Notes: generated by a model from the sequence alone, not told the origin. Shown: positions 29,592 through 44,321, counted from the stretch's first letter. The stretch: 64,000 bases of DNA from Eledone cirrhosa (GCA_964016885.1 OZ024741.1:85622001-85686000); one strand, 5' to 3'. Translations and numbers: made by a program.

Positions 29592-31593
29592 AAAAAAACT
29601 AATTAACCCACGTGTATATTATTTTACTTTCTTGTGATTTGCGATTGCCTCCCTTTTCCGCTTCGTGACGCTGTGAAATTCCTCAGTCTAAAGACTGCTG
29701 GAATTTCAAATTTAGCGGTCATTTGATGCGTGAAATGACGACTTAGCTGACACGAAATTTTACTGCGGTAAGAAATGTTTTCTTATATCAAAGTTTAATG
29801 GGCATCCACTGATGATTTATAAGTACCCACCTGAATGTGTTCTTACAGAAAAATATGTTGGCTTCTACATAAACCGGAAACATTCTCCCAACTTGTAGAA
29901 AACTTATAATGAAACAATTGTTTGGAAAGAGAGATATATTTTAATTTTAATTATATCTCATATAAAATAATACAACTGGCTTTCCACAAAATACATATAG
30001 TTAGCACCCCAAACACAAAATTGGGATTATACTAACGTATTTCCTAATGTTTGTTGAGTGAGATGGTAGCCAGTCAGAGTTTAGCTTAAAGCTTTCTCTG
30101 TTATTGTATTAAATATTTTACTCTTGATTTGGCCAGAGAATTATATTTCCAGATACCTTTAAACGTAACTTTCCGTATTTATTACTGTTATGAGATATTG
30201 TTTGTTATTTAGGTATCACTTCTCTGTTTTTAGCCTAAGAAAATATCTATATGCGTGCGTAATTAATACATGCATTCATATTTTTTTTTTATTAATTGAG
30301 TTCTTAACACGCAGGATTGATATTGTTTTTAAAAAAACCCAATTAACCCACGTTTATATTATTTTACTTTCTTGTGATTTGCGATTGCCTCCCTTTTCCG
30401 CTTCGTGACGCTGTGAAATTCCTCAGTCTAAAGACTGCTGGAATTTCAAATTTAGCGGTCATTTGATGCGTGAAATGACGACTTAACTGACACGAAATTT
30501 AACTGCAGTAAGAAATTTTTTCTTATATCAAAGTTTAATGGGCATCCACTGATGATTTATAAGTGCCCACCTGAATGTGTTCTTACAGAAAAATATGTTG
30601 GCTTCTACATAAACCGGAAACATTCTCCCAACTTGTAGAAAACTTATAATGAAACAATTGTTTGGAAAGAGAGATATATTTTAATTTTAATTATATCTCA
30701 TATAAAATAATACAACTGGCTTTCCACAAAATACATATAGTTAGCACCCCAAACACAAAATTGGGATTATACTAACGTATTTCCTAATGTTGTTGAGTGA
30801 GATGGTAGCCAGTCAGAGTTTAACTTAAAGCTTTCTCTGTTGTATTAAATATTTTACTCTTGATTTGGCCAGAGAATTATATTTCCAGATACCTTTAAAC
30901 GTAACTTTCCGTATTTATTACTGTTATGAGATATTGTTTGTTATTTAGGTATCACTTCTCTGTTTTTAGCCTAAGAAAATATCTATATGCGTGTGTAATT
31001 AATACATGCATGTATTTATTTATTTTAAATTAATTGAGTTCTTAACACGCAGGATTGATATTGTTTTTAAAAAAACTAATTAACCCACGTGTATATTATT
31101 TTACTTTCTTGTGATTTGCGATTGCCTCCCTTTTCCGCTTCGTGACGCTGTGAAATTCCTCAGTCTAAAGACTGCTGGAATTTCAAATTTAGCGGTCATT
31201 TGATGCGTGAAGGGACGACTTAGCTGACACGAAATTTAACTGCGGTAAGAAATTTTTTCTTATATCAAAGTTTAATGGGCATCCACTGATGATTTATAAG
31301 TGCCCACCTGCATGTGTTCTTACAGAAAAATATGTTGGCTTCTACATAAACCGGAAACATTCCCCCAACTTGTAGAAAACTTATAATGAAACAATTGTTT
31401 GGAAAGAGAGATATATTTTAATTTTAATTATATCTCATATAAAATAATACAACTGGCTTTCCACAAAATACATATAGTTAGCACCCCAAACACAAAATTG
31501 GGATTATACTAACGTATTTCCTAATGTTTGTTGAGTGAGATGGTAGCCATTCAGAGTTTAGCTTAAAGCTTTCTCTGTTATCGTATTAAATAA
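29590..31593 (+). mobile_element. Retrozyme-like tandem array family J (2.7 units of ~740 bp, one HHR per unit)
   Basis: HHRs at 29805-29926, 30545-30666 and 31282-31403: TCCA-CTGATGA-T-TTATAAGT..ACTTATAA-T-GAAA-C-AATT-GTT^-TGGA. No ORF; TA on both sides. Confidence 0.88.
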
Positions 31594-31616
31594 TTATATA
31601 TATATATATATATATA

Positions 31617-32407
31617 TGAATTATAAGAATCAAAGAACTGTTCAAAACATTTTTATGCTTACAACTGTTTCCTCCAAACCGAGGTTTGGATTCTTCGGAG
31701 CAATTTATTATTGAATGAACACTTATATGACCTCCTTTTCACCCAATGACGTAATGAATTCTCGATGGTTACATTGCGTAACTATCTTTATCCCATTACA
31801 GAAACTAATTAGTTGGAGTGAAAATTTTAGTAAGTAAGTTAATTTTTAATTTTTAAAATTTTCTTATTTTACGTCTTTCATATAATTGTTCTGCATCCCC
31901 CTGCATAGAAACACCTAGGTACTATGACATAACCTATGTATTTGCTAGCATTAGTGTACATCTGTACGCATATGTTGGTAAATATACTAATTCTCTATAT
32001 TTATCTCCAAATTATTTATTTGTTGAGCAAACTTGCCAAATCCACTGCTAATTCATTGTAGTGGTAGTAGGCTCTTCTCATAATACCATCCCACTCCTAC
32101 TGACTAGCCTCAGTGTCACATGATTGATTCTTTAGAATCTGCCACTTGACCAGAGACAGTGAACTTTTTCAGTGCTATGGAATTCAGTCGCCGCTAGCTG
32201 TTCCATCCACCGAATTATTATTTTTATGAGTCCCTAGTGTCCGCGCATTGCCTGGGGACTTAGCTGAGAATAGACTCCCTGATGACATAATGAATTCTCG
32301 ATGGTTACATTGCGTAACTATCTTTATCCCATTACAGAAACTAATTAGTTGGAGTGAAAATTTTAGTATGTTAATTTTTAATTTTTAAAATTTTCTTATT
32401 TTACGTC

Positions 32408-32412
<5 letters not shown>
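31617..32412 (-). mobile_element. HHR element family K; HHR at 31656-31702 (core CCGAAGA); ~130-bp internal direct repeat
   Basis: TGCT-CCGAAGA-A-TCCAAAC-CTCG-GTTTGGA-G-GAAA-C-AGTT-GTA^-AGCA; 31752-31882 is repeated at 32288-32412. Confidence 0.72.
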
Positions 32413-32447
<35 letters not shown>

Positions 32448-32529
32448 TAATTAAGAATGTAGGATTCACATGCAGCAGCTGTGCTGAGACAGCAAGCAGC
32501 AAACAGCCACAGGAAACAAGACCACCAAT

Positions 32530-33448
32530 CTCTGGGAGGGCCCTGTAGAAACAGTAGACAGCTTCTGCTACCTAGGTGACCCAATTAGCAGCGGGGGTGG
32601 GTGTTCAGAAAGTACAATAACTAGGGTAAGAACGAGATGGAAGAAGTTTAGGGAACTACTACCACTGCTAGCTGCAAAAGGCTTCTCCCTCAGAATGAAA
32701 GGCAGACTGTATGATGCGTGTATCCGAACAGCGATGTTGCATGGTAGTGAGACCTGGGCGCTGAAGGTGGAAGACTTACGTAGATTAGAGAGAAACGAAG
32801 CCTGCATGCTCCGATGGATGTGTAACAGTAATATACGTGAACGACAAAGCATAAATGAATTGAGAGAGAGACTGAGCATAAGAAGAATCAAATGCTGTGT
32901 GCAGGAGAGGCGGTTGCGCTGGTATGGATGTGATGCGTATGAAGGATGACAGCTGCATAAAAAGGTGCAGAGCACTAGAAGTTGATGGAAACCGCGAAGT
33001 GGGGAGACCCAAGATGACTTGGGATGAGGTGATAAAAGCCGACCTTACCCAATTGCACCTCTCAAAGACAATGACACATGACCGTGACTTCTGGCGTCAC
33101 GCAGTAATACAGAGTACCCGACCTCCCATGGGTACAAGCTGAAGCATATAGACAATATGCCCCACACCCCCCACCGCAAGGTGGTCGTGGAGGTGCCACG
33201 GCAAAAAAGCACCCAGCCCACACTGTAAAGTGGACGTGTAGGCGCCACGAAAAAGCACCCAGCACTCACTGTAAATGAGGTTGGTGTTAGGAAGGGCATC
33301 CAGCTGTAGAAATCAAGCCAAATCAGTTCCTGTATGAGCAAGGCATGGTCAGCCGACCAGACACTGCCACAACAGGACAACCCGTCTAACCCGTGCTAGC
33401 GTGGAAGAACGGACGTAAAAAACGGTGATGATGATGATGATGATGATG
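32530..33448 (+). mobile_element. RTE-clade LINE 3' fragment (RT C-terminus, frameshifted) with 3' UTR and (GAT)n tail
   Basis: FCYLGD, KGRLYDACIRTAMLHGSETW, RRLRWYG, GRPKMTW; 3' UTR with GGAAGGGCATCCAGCTGTAGAA. Confidence 0.88.
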
Positions 33449-33645
33449 TATATTATATATATATATATATAAATATATGTATATTATATATATATATATA
33501 TATAAATATATGTATATTATATATATATATATATATATGTGTATATTATATATATATATATGTATATTATATATATATGTATATATATATATCTATACGT
33601 ATATTATATATATATATATGTGTATATTATATATATATATATGTG

Positions 33646-33703
<58 letters not shown>

Positions 33704-33721
33704 GTATATTAAATATACATG

Positions 33722-33911
<190 letters not shown>

Positions 33912-34050
33912 TTTATATATATATATATATATATGTATGTATATTATATATATATATATATTACGTATATTATATATATATATGTATATAATATATATAT
34001 ATATGTATATTATATATATATATATATGTATATTATATATATATGTATAT

Positions 34051-34081
<31 letters not shown>

Positions 34082-34082
34082 G

Positions 34083-34140
<58 letters not shown>

Positions 34141-34229
34141 TATATATATATATATATATATGTATATTATATATATATACATATATATATATATATGTAT
34201 ATTATATATATATATATATATATGTATAT

Positions 34230-34260
<31 letters not shown>

Positions 34261-34261
34261 G

Positions 34262-34318
<57 letters not shown>

Positions 34319-34401
34319 TTATATATATGTATATTATATATATATATACGTATATTTATATATACATATATGTATATTATATATTTATATATATACGTAT
34401 A

Positions 34402-34590
34402 GGCGGTGGATTGGCAGTATCGGTAAAGCGTCGGACGCCATGCTTTCCAGCATAGTTACGTCCCTTTACGATCTGAGTTCAAATCCCGCCGAGGTTAACT
34501 TTGCCTTTCATCCTTACGGGGTCGATAAAATAAAGTACCAGTAATGCACTGGGTAATTGCTGGCCTTGTGCCAAAAGTAGAAACAATTAT
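34402..34590 (+). mobile_element. SINE family 1
   Basis: Full consensus match. Confidence 0.87.
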
Positions 34591-34667
34591 ATATATACGT
34601 ATATTTATATATACATATATGTATACTATATATATATATATATATATACGTATATTATATATATATA

Positions 34668-34701
<34 letters not shown>

Positions 34702-34820
34702 CATACACATATATTATATATATACACATATATTATACATATATATATATATATATTATACATATATATATATATATATATATATGTATATTATATATTT
34801 ATATATATAGATATATCTGT

Positions 34821-34863
<43 letters not shown>

Positions 34864-35163
34864 GCAACAGCACTAAGACAATGTTTAAGCATAATATAGG
34901 TGTATATGAAACATTTATAAACATATCTGTTTATATACTATATACATATGGGTTTTCAGACTAGGGATTAAATATACTTAGATTAAATATACAGAGCTGG
35001 GTGGGGGAAATGTCCAAGAGAAGGTCAAAAGGACTTCACTGCAAATAGAATTTGGAAACTGGCTAATAATCTAAAGATAGGCGGCCAGCGAGTGTTTATG
35101 TCCGAAACAGATGAGTGAGCCATTTAAAATTTCAATTGGATCTGATACATGCATACACACACT

Positions 35164-35220
<57 letters not shown>

Positions 35221-35228
35221 ATCCCCCC

Positions 35229-35275
<47 letters not shown>

Positions 35276-35456
35276 CGCTTCCCCTCTCTTTCTCACCGAC
35301 CCTGCTTCTCTCTCTCTCCCTCTCGCTTCCTGCTTATCTCTCTCACTATTTCTTTCTGCTTGTCTCTCTTACACACTTTCTCTCCATATTTATACCTATC
35401 TCTCTCACATACACACAGAACACAGAATCACTGCCTCTCTCTCATATACACACTGT

Positions 35457-35504
<48 letters not shown>

Positions 35505-36101
35505 CACACACTGTTTCTCTCTCTCTCTCTCACTCACTCTCTGTAGCTCATTTTCTCCCCACCCCCTCCTCTCTTCTGCAAATATTCCAGTTTTGTCTTA
35601 AAAAGAAAGCAACTATTTTAGTCAACATCCTACATGTAGTGTATAAAATTTGCATAAATTATACACATCTCTAAGTTTTCAGAGAGATCAATAGGAGATA
35701 GATCAATAGGAGACAGAAATTTTCACATTTGATTTTGATCTTCATTATAACTTTTTATCAGTGCAACAGTGCAATTGTACAGTTTCCTGTTATTTATGCA
35801 CCACAGCAGTTATGCAATTGCAATGGTCGTCGTTATTTCATTGTGTTTTTGTCATTGCTTAAAGCAACTGCAATGTACACCAGAGTTTTACCATCGCCAC
35901 TAGCAACAAACTGTTTATCCCTCAGGGGTGAATATAATGGACTGGCATTGATTTAACTGTTAACGTCCTGTGCCACATGAAACCGCATTAGCAAGACATT
36001 CTTGAAAAATACAAAACAGCACTATAACTACATCACATATAAAATGAAGGCCTTTACTCTAATACTGCAAATTTTCACAACAATATGTCCATTAGTTAAG
36101 A

Positions 36102-36540
36102 TACTATAAGCATAATAATTGTTTCTGCATTTGGCACAAGGCCAGCAATTATCCCAGTGTATTACTAGTGCTTTATTTTATCGACCCAGTAAGGATGAAA
36201 GGCAAAGTTAACCTCGGCGGGATTTGAACTCAGACTATAAAGGGCCGTAACTCTTTGCTGCAAAGCATGACGTCAGACCCTCTACCAATACTGCCAATCC
36301 AACGCCCTTACTATAAGCATAATAATGATTTCTAATTTCTTCTATAGGCACAAGGCCAGCAATTTTGTGTGAGAGGAAAGTCGATTAAATCGACCCCAGT
36401 ATGTTGCTGATACTTTATTTTATTGACTCTGTAAGGATGAAAGGCAGAGCTAACCTCCGTGGGATTTGAACTCAGAACGCAAATGGCCATAACTCTATGT
36501 CGCGAAGCATGTTGTCCGACGCTCTATCGATACTGCAATC
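36102..36540 (-). mobile_element. Two SINE family 1 copies; the younger has an 18-bp TSD
   Basis: TACTATAAGCATAATAAT at 36102-36119 and 36309-36326. Confidence 0.82.
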
Positions 36541-37184
36541 AATGTAATCAATGTAATCAATACAATATAGGAGAACTATTTAATACTTTATAGAAAGTTA
36601 ATAACGAAGGCAGAACGGTAACAGCAAAATTATGTAGCTTGCCGTTAGATGAGGAGAGACAGACAGACAGGCAGCTAGGCAGGCAGACAGACAGCACAAA
36701 CAGAGTCGGCACACTGAGGATAGATTAAAAGGCAGAGGGATAGCAGAGAGGGCGGAGGGAGTGAGACAGTAAGAGAGAGAAATAGACTGAGAGACAGAGT
36801 TGACGACACATCTTTTACATCTTTCTTTATGTGTCGTCACCTTGTCGGACATACTGACAGAGAAACCACAGAGAGAGGGGAAATTTCGGAGTGTGTGGGG
36901 AGAAAGAGAGATATATAAGAGAGGGGGAGAATCGGTGATAGGGAAGGAAAGAAAGTTAGTGAAAATAGAGTTCAACAAATTGAATAAATGCATAAATAAA
37001 TAAATGAACAAATAAATACAAAAAATAAATAAACAGAGAGAAAAGAGAGATGGGGGGGGGGGGTCAATTAAAAATTTCAATTATCAATAATCAATGAATA
37101 ATTAATTAGAAGGAAACGTAGGCTAGTGTTGGTGAATGTGGAGTATGGAGTGATAATGAAGGACAGATTAGGTTCCAGTTAGCA

Positions 37185-37583
37185 GCTAACAGGTAATAAT
37201 TAACAGTTAACTGTTGATAGCTAACAGGTAACAGTTAACAGTTAACTGTCAGCAGCTAGCAGTTAATAGTTAACAGTTAACAGTTAACAGTTAACAGTTA
37301 ACTGTTGATAGCTAGCAGTTAATAGTTAATAGTTAACAGTTAACTGTTGACAGCTAACAGTTAATAGTTAACAGTTAACTGTTGACAGCTAATAGTTAAC
37401 AGCTAACAGTTAACAGCTAACAGTTAACAGTTGATAGTCAGAGACAACAGAAGCAGACCACGAGAAGAAGGTTAGATAACATCCAAGAGCTTGGTTGAAG
37501 AAGAAGAAGAAGAAGAAGAAGAAGAAGAAGAAGAAGAAGAAGAAGAAGAAGAAGAAGAAGAAGAAGAAGAAGAAGAAGAAGAA
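37185..37583. repeat. 7-bp (TAACAGT)n minisatellite with internal palindromes, followed by (AAG)n
   Basis: AACAGTTAACTGTT is repeated; (AAG)n at 37498-37582. Confidence 0.9.
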
Positions 37584-38335
37584 ATAATATATATACACAG
37601 TGGAACCTGTGTTTCAGAATTCGTTAGTTAAAAATAAATGTAATGTATTTGTTTTGCAGAAAGGGTAAATTATAATTATAATTTCTTTTTTTCTCTTTCT
37701 GTTTTTTGAAATAAAATTGAAAAAGATTCTGTGCTCGAATCATTGATATTTTCCACGCGAAAAATACTTTTATTTTATATATCTATCTTTATGTTTATTT
37801 CAATTTAGTTTAACCACTGGACAAATGACTGACTTAACGAAGGTTGATGTAAACTCTCCAGATTCCACATTCTCCCAAGAATGGTAATTTGCATGATTTA
37901 TGGAAATTAAATACACTATATTCTGGGTGTCGTCTGAAATAGCGCTCCTTCAGGTTGAGATGAAATATTTATTTGCGAAATATTCAAACACACAACAGCA
38001 ATATAATTTTAAATCGCTCACATCTGCGCCTCAAATATCGATCGGTCACTTAGATTTGATTTGGTAAGCATTATTCTTACTACCGTTGGCATTCTATGCA
38101 CATTAACTGTCCAATGGACCTTTGTCTGGGAATTTAATTTATTCTGCGTTGAACGTTGAAATGCCAGGCCTGACGGCTTACTTCTGCTTCTGACCTCTAA
38201 CCACACTGAGACTATCTTCACATAAATGAATAAATAGACTTTATTTATTCTGCATGTATTAAATACATATTTTTCTTTCGTCATCACACCCAATAAGGTC
38301 ACACGATCACATATTTGTGTGTATTTATATATATA

Positions 38336-38468
38336 TGTTGTCTATCACGCTACTAAAAAAATAGCAGCAAGATACAACATTTTTTTCTCTACACAGAGGT
38401 AGAGCATACATAAAGGGAAACAAATATTGTATCTTGCTGCTATATTTTTAGTAGCGTGATAGGCAACA
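38336..38468. repeat. Fold-back insert end next to TA
   Basis: TGTTGTCTATCACGCTACTAAAAA..TAGCAGCAAGATACAA versus TTGTATCTTGCTGCTA..TTTTTAGTAGCGTGATAGGCAACA. Confidence 0.8.
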
Positions 38469-38852
38469 AGTCTATAATATTCCCGCTTTTATGTTTATGT
38501 GTGGGTCACTTTAACGGTCTGACCTCATACATCGGGAAGTAAGCGATATATTTACAAACTGTGTGGCTTTATGCCCTATAGAATGGAAATAGCTGTCTGA
38601 ATAACTGATCTTTCCATTGGAAATTCTCTGAATTTCAAATCTTTTGTGAAGTGAAACCGACGGTAGCATTTTGAACAGGTGATTATTTAAATCGTATTTT
38701 AATTTATTTAAAAGATTGTTTAATGCTTGCTTGTTCCGCTCATCTCATTTTTATAGTTCTGATATCTCAAATTAGTACCATTGAACAACAATCGTATTAT
38801 AGACACCCTATATATTTCCGTAGGTACTTAGTACCTGTGGGTATATTAATCT

Positions 38853-38924
<72 letters not shown>

Positions 38925-39224
38925 TGGGGCGGGGCGGGGGGTGGGATAAAATAACTAGGATTTCAATTAGATTAAATCATTTAAGATTGACGAATGTTTC
39001 GATTAAAATAACAGGAATATTCACTCCTGTCACATTAATCACTTCAGAATCTATTAAATAACATTAATATTTACCAACACAAGATGATCACACAGGTCCG
39101 AAAATGTAAAGAAATTCATATATATATGTGTGTGTGTGTTTATATATATATATATATAAATAAAAACACATACACACACCCGGATGTAGCGCATGCGCAA
39201 ACTAAACACACAACACACAAAAAC

Positions 39225-39465
39225 AAAATGGTGAAACACAAAATAAAAACCTAGTCACTGAGGAGATCATAGAGTGTGTGACAAAAGAGTTGGTTGGTTC
39301 TGGTTATCGAACTAACCAGCCAACCAGAAATTTATGATAAATTGAAGCGAAAACCAACAAGTATGTGTGTTTTTATTGGCAACATGATCCTCCCAAAGTA
39401 TAACAATATCTGTTTCAACCCATTTTTTAGATAGGAAATCACGCAAAACAAATTCAAAAACGAAT
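39225..39465 (+). mobile_element. HHR element family L, degenerate copy
   Basis: GTCA-CTGAGGA-GATCATA..TGTGAC-AAAA (G12 lost). The 3' part matches 45180-45270. Confidence 0.6.
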
Positions 39466-39471
39466 ATATAT

Positions 39472-39606
<135 letters not shown>

Positions 39607-39632
39607 CATATATATATATATGTGTGTGTGTG

Positions 39633-39668
<36 letters not shown>

Positions 39669-40091
39669 CTGCAACTCGATTTCGAGTAATGCGATCGCTT
39701 GATACTTAAGCATGAGTATCACGGCCGTGGCTTTTTAGTCCTGCTGGGAATTTGCCTATGGCTGGCAATACCATGGGTCACGAGGCCAATCCCACTCTCT
39801 GAACATCGAATGCATTTACCCAAAAGTAGAACTGGTCTTCATCATTGGATGCAAATGAATTCGCAGGTTTTATATCAGAGTGACCTTCTCCTAGAAAGAT
39901 GTCTTAATGAAGACTAGGAGTCTCTCGCTCCATAAAAAAAAGTCTTTATTGGATGGCCGTTGACTCTCCTGAGTTCCTCTGCCCTTGGATATATCTATAT
40001 CTATATTATTAACTGTATGTGTACATATATATATATATACAGTTAATAAAAAAAAAATAAACACATAGGAATGCAAAAATAGTTATATCAT

Positions 40092-40126
<35 letters not shown>

Positions 40127-41629
40127 CAGGAGGGGGGTGAAGGGTCCTCAGTCGGGTTCGACGATGAGCATTCAGTCTTTCAATTTAGTGAACAACCTGA
40201 AAGCCTTTCCTCCTGCTCGATTAGAGCTTAACTGGACCTTAAAAAGACAATATGAAACGCCTGGCATGGTTTCAATCTTACCTCCCCGATACCTTTAAAT
40301 ACCTTTAAACATCTAGTCTGGCCTTTGCAGCGCTTTTGCTCAGCAACTCGAAAATTAATGGTGTCCTAAATAATTTGCCCGATTTGGGTTGGTAAAAATT
40401 AATAGTCAATCGGTATTACTTAATTAATATATTTTTTCTTTCGCCCAGTTAGACTTAAAATCGATTAAAAACGTCCATTGATCCTGAAGCAGAAAAATTT
40501 AAACAATTTGATTAATTCATGAATTAAATTACAACTAACTATGATAGAATTATAACGTTAATGATCTTTTTATATTTTGATTGCATTAATAAGAATATTA
40601 TCATGAGAAAAACTGAGTTAACTATTTAATTACTTTGTTTTTATTCTAATGATCGGTTCCTAGTTGGTTCCGGACAACCGTTTTCCTCCGCTAAATCGGG
40701 GCGATGGCATCATATTTGAATGCATTCTCTTTTAATGGCTGCTTTCATTACATTGATTGTTGCCGCTTTTGTGCAATAAACCTTATCTTTCAGGTGTCCT
40801 TCATAAAATTAGATAATTGGTTTCAGTTCTCTTGAACATGGTGGGGTGAAGACGGTAGGTATTCAATTATACTTCATTGACCGTCCAATTCCTATTTGTG
40901 CTGGTTGCCTTTGAGATTTCAGACGGCCTTGGATCTCAAACTGCCATTTCCTCCGCCAAGTCACCAGCTTTTAAAAAGTAGCATTCTTTAAAAAAGCAGC
41001 CCCAAGAGAGAGAATGGCTGGTGCAGCGAGTATCTCTGGTTATTCTCCACCGCAAAGCTTTCGAAATGTTTTCCGCTGAACTCAGCTGAAGCACGAAGGT
41101 AGGCTGCAAAATCCATAGGCTGTTGAAAAATAAGACGCATTTGGTCATTCCATGAGAGTATCTTGGTCAGCCTATTAAATTTTCAGCCTATAAACTTTTC
41201 GACCGACTTTCGTATACCATCCAGACATGAGTGTATAGTGCCCCTCCCAACACCATTTCTTCACTCTATTACCTTCTTTCTTTTTATTTACTTATTGTTA
41301 TTATGATATTATACATGTATTTTTATTTGTTACTTGAATAAAATTTTAGGTTTAAACAATTTTAGTTGATATCGAACAAAATATGCCAATGACCCAGTCT
41401 ATATTGTGCCTCACTGATTCAACTTAATTAACGAGTTGGACGTTAAGTTGATTGAACAACTGAATGATCCTCGTCGAAACCGACGAAAGAGCTATCGTCC
41501 TAGACATAGCAGTGTGTGTACATATATACATAGTACATACATACATATATACTTACGTACATACGTACATACATACATACATACATACATACATACATAC
41601 ATACATACATACATACATACATACATACA

Positions 41630-41660
<31 letters not shown>

Positions 41661-41704
41661 GTACGTACATACGTACATACATACATACATACGTACATAC
41701 AAAC

Positions 41705-42575
41705 ACAAAATACCTGATTCACAAAAGAGATAGGGATGCAGGCAAAACACCTAGATGTGACAACAAGTGCAGACTGCAGAATTAACATCGAAGATGTCAC
41801 CCATGTCATAAGCAGCTGTCCAAAGATGTGATCGCGGTACTATCTACCTATGAGGCATGATGTAGTGGCCAAAACACTGTACAATGCAATCCGCAGAAAA
41901 GATAGCCCCGACAATAAACATATTAAAAGCTACAGCAATGTGGAAGACATACATATACATAATATGAAAGAGTAGTGGTGGAATGTTCCAGTAAAAACCC
42001 AATAAAATGCAGGCATAACAGACCAGATATAGTGATATGGGACAGGAGAAAGAAGGCATGCACAGTAGTGGAAGTTAGCTGCCCAGCAGATGCCAACATA
42101 ATATCAAAGATTAGCGAAAAGGAGAATATCTATGCAGAACTAATGAGTAATCTGCAGATATTCCACCCTGACTATACCTTCAGATTTATGCCTGTGATTA
42201 TTTGGGCATTGGGATATGTTAGTAATTGCCTCAGTACAAATCTTGAGAAGCAGGGTTTCATAGAAATAGATAGAACACGACTAGCTAAGAAATTACAAGT
42301 ACAATCCATTAATGGAACAGTAAAAATATGTAAAACATTCCAAAAATTCTGCATCTAATAACTGCATATAACACTTGTACAGATACAAAGCATTTGCACG
42401 TGCACACATACAACTCAAAACATACACATCCACACATACAATAACATCCATACATGCAGACATGCATACATGTCTACCTAGTTGATGTGTAAATTCCAAT
42501 GAGAGAGTCTTGTATCTATGTTAGAAACCGACTCTCTCTCTATTGGTAAACATTTATAAAATTATAAAACCAGAA
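41705..42575 (+). mobile_element. R4/Dong-type non-LTR retrotransposon 3' fragment (CCHC + restriction-like endonuclease), disrupted
   Basis: CR..EDVTHVISSC, RHDVVAK, HNRPDIVIWD..VVEVSCP..EKENIY, PVII.ALG; flanked by (CATA)n. Confidence 0.85.
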
Positions 42576-42976
42576 CACAGACACATACATACATACAAAC
42601 ATACATACAAACATACATACATATATACATACATAAATACATACATACATATATACATACATATATACATACATACATAAACATTTATACATACACATAC
42701 ATATGACAAAACTTGTTCCATGCAGAGGCATTCACAAATTGATAATCAAATTCTTGTAGACGATATGTACACACTTAGTATCTTACTGTCTTTTAGTTAG
42801 TGTCTGTGTTTTTCTGGTGTTTGTGTGTACGTATGTTTGTGTGCGTAAGTGTGCATGTGTGTGTGCGTCTGTGAGTGTACGCATTTGTATGCATAGGTGC
42901 GTGTGTGTGTGAGAGAGAGGTTTTGGTGGGTTTGTGTGCGTGGCCGAGTGGCTGCTGATATTTTTAGTACACACAC

Positions 42977-43085
<109 letters not shown>

Positions 43086-43570
43086 TGCCTCGGCGTGAAC
43101 CCGACATTAATAGCTGTTATATAGGACGTCTGTTGAAAAGTGACACCGGTCGTATTTTGCCAAAAATCAGCTTTTAATGTTTGTGGATGTCAGATTTTTT
43201 CGGCGGTCGAAACCCGAATATTTTGGTCAACCTGAATATTTTGGTCAACCTGAATATTTTGGTCAGCCACTATATTCTTGTGCAGGTGATTAGATCTGTA
43301 AGTATCCCAGCTTAGTCTTATTTAATTGTTGGAATCCTTTTGATGGTTATTCACCTGCCTGTTCTATATGGGTGAAGCTTTCCTATAAACAATTCGATAT
43401 GATGTGTTCCGTAGCATGTTTCTTACCAACGAGATTTAACCTGTGTAAAGCAGTTTATATAAAGCTGTATCAGTAAATTGCGTTGAATTTACTGCCACTG
43501 CCATTACATCGATCTATCTCCTCAAAATCTGTATGTATGTATACATATATAATTATATATAATTATATAT

Positions 43571-43604
<34 letters not shown>

Positions 43605-43606
<2 letters not shown>

Positions 43607-43946
43607 TTAAAAAAAATAGAGGTGTAACACACGAGTTGTGATATATTAGTAAAAAGGAAAAGAAAATGCTGACAAATTTTTCCCAGTGAAAAATAGTTTA
43701 ATTAGGAATAAGTATAAATTAGTAATAAGTATTGGTTTTAGTTTTAAATTTTACCGGTTGCGCATTTCTAATGCTTTTCAAAAATAATTTGGAGATAGAG
43801 CGCTCGTGATGTTTGCTCTAATTAGAGGAATCATCTAAAAACTTAAAACTAAAACTGAATACTAACCAATACTTATAATAATTTATACGTATTCCTAATT
43901 AAATTATTTTTCACTGGGAAAAATTTGTCAGCATTTTCTTTTCCTT

Positions 43947-43955
<9 letters not shown>
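43605..43955. mobile_element. Family I-related fold-back; HHR at 43748-43785(-) with GAAA changed to GCAA
   Basis: ATTT-TTGAAAA-GCAT-TAGAA-ATGC-GCAA-CCGG-TA-AAAT; arms at ~43644-43747 and ~43838-43955. Confidence 0.7.
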
Positions 43956-44025
<70 letters not shown>

Positions 44026-44239
44026 CACACTCTGCTCTGTATGAATATTGAGTGCTAATTTTGGCATACCGCCTATGGAAGCACCATAGCTACCATTATA
44101 CACACGTATATATATATATATATATATAAGGAAAAAAGATGAAATCAGAAATGAATTTTCGATTTCTTCTTTTTTCCTTATAGTTTCACTCGTGTAGGAC
44201 ATCTCGTTTTTTTTTTCATTTTGTAAAAAAAAACCTCAC

Positions 44240-44291
<52 letters not shown>

Positions 44292-44321
<30 letters not shown>

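Noticed and set aside
29590-31593. CRISPR-like or ordinary satellite array
   Set aside because: There is no repeat-spacer structure; whole 740-bp units repeat and each has an HHR.
38626-38670. CTGA..GAAA-CCGACGG-TA
   Set aside because: The core lacks two bases and stem I is poor; not counted.
40300-41250. Possible host exon or transposase remnant
   Set aside because: No sustained ORF or recognisable motif by eye; the same applies to 25370-25960 and 59730-60300.
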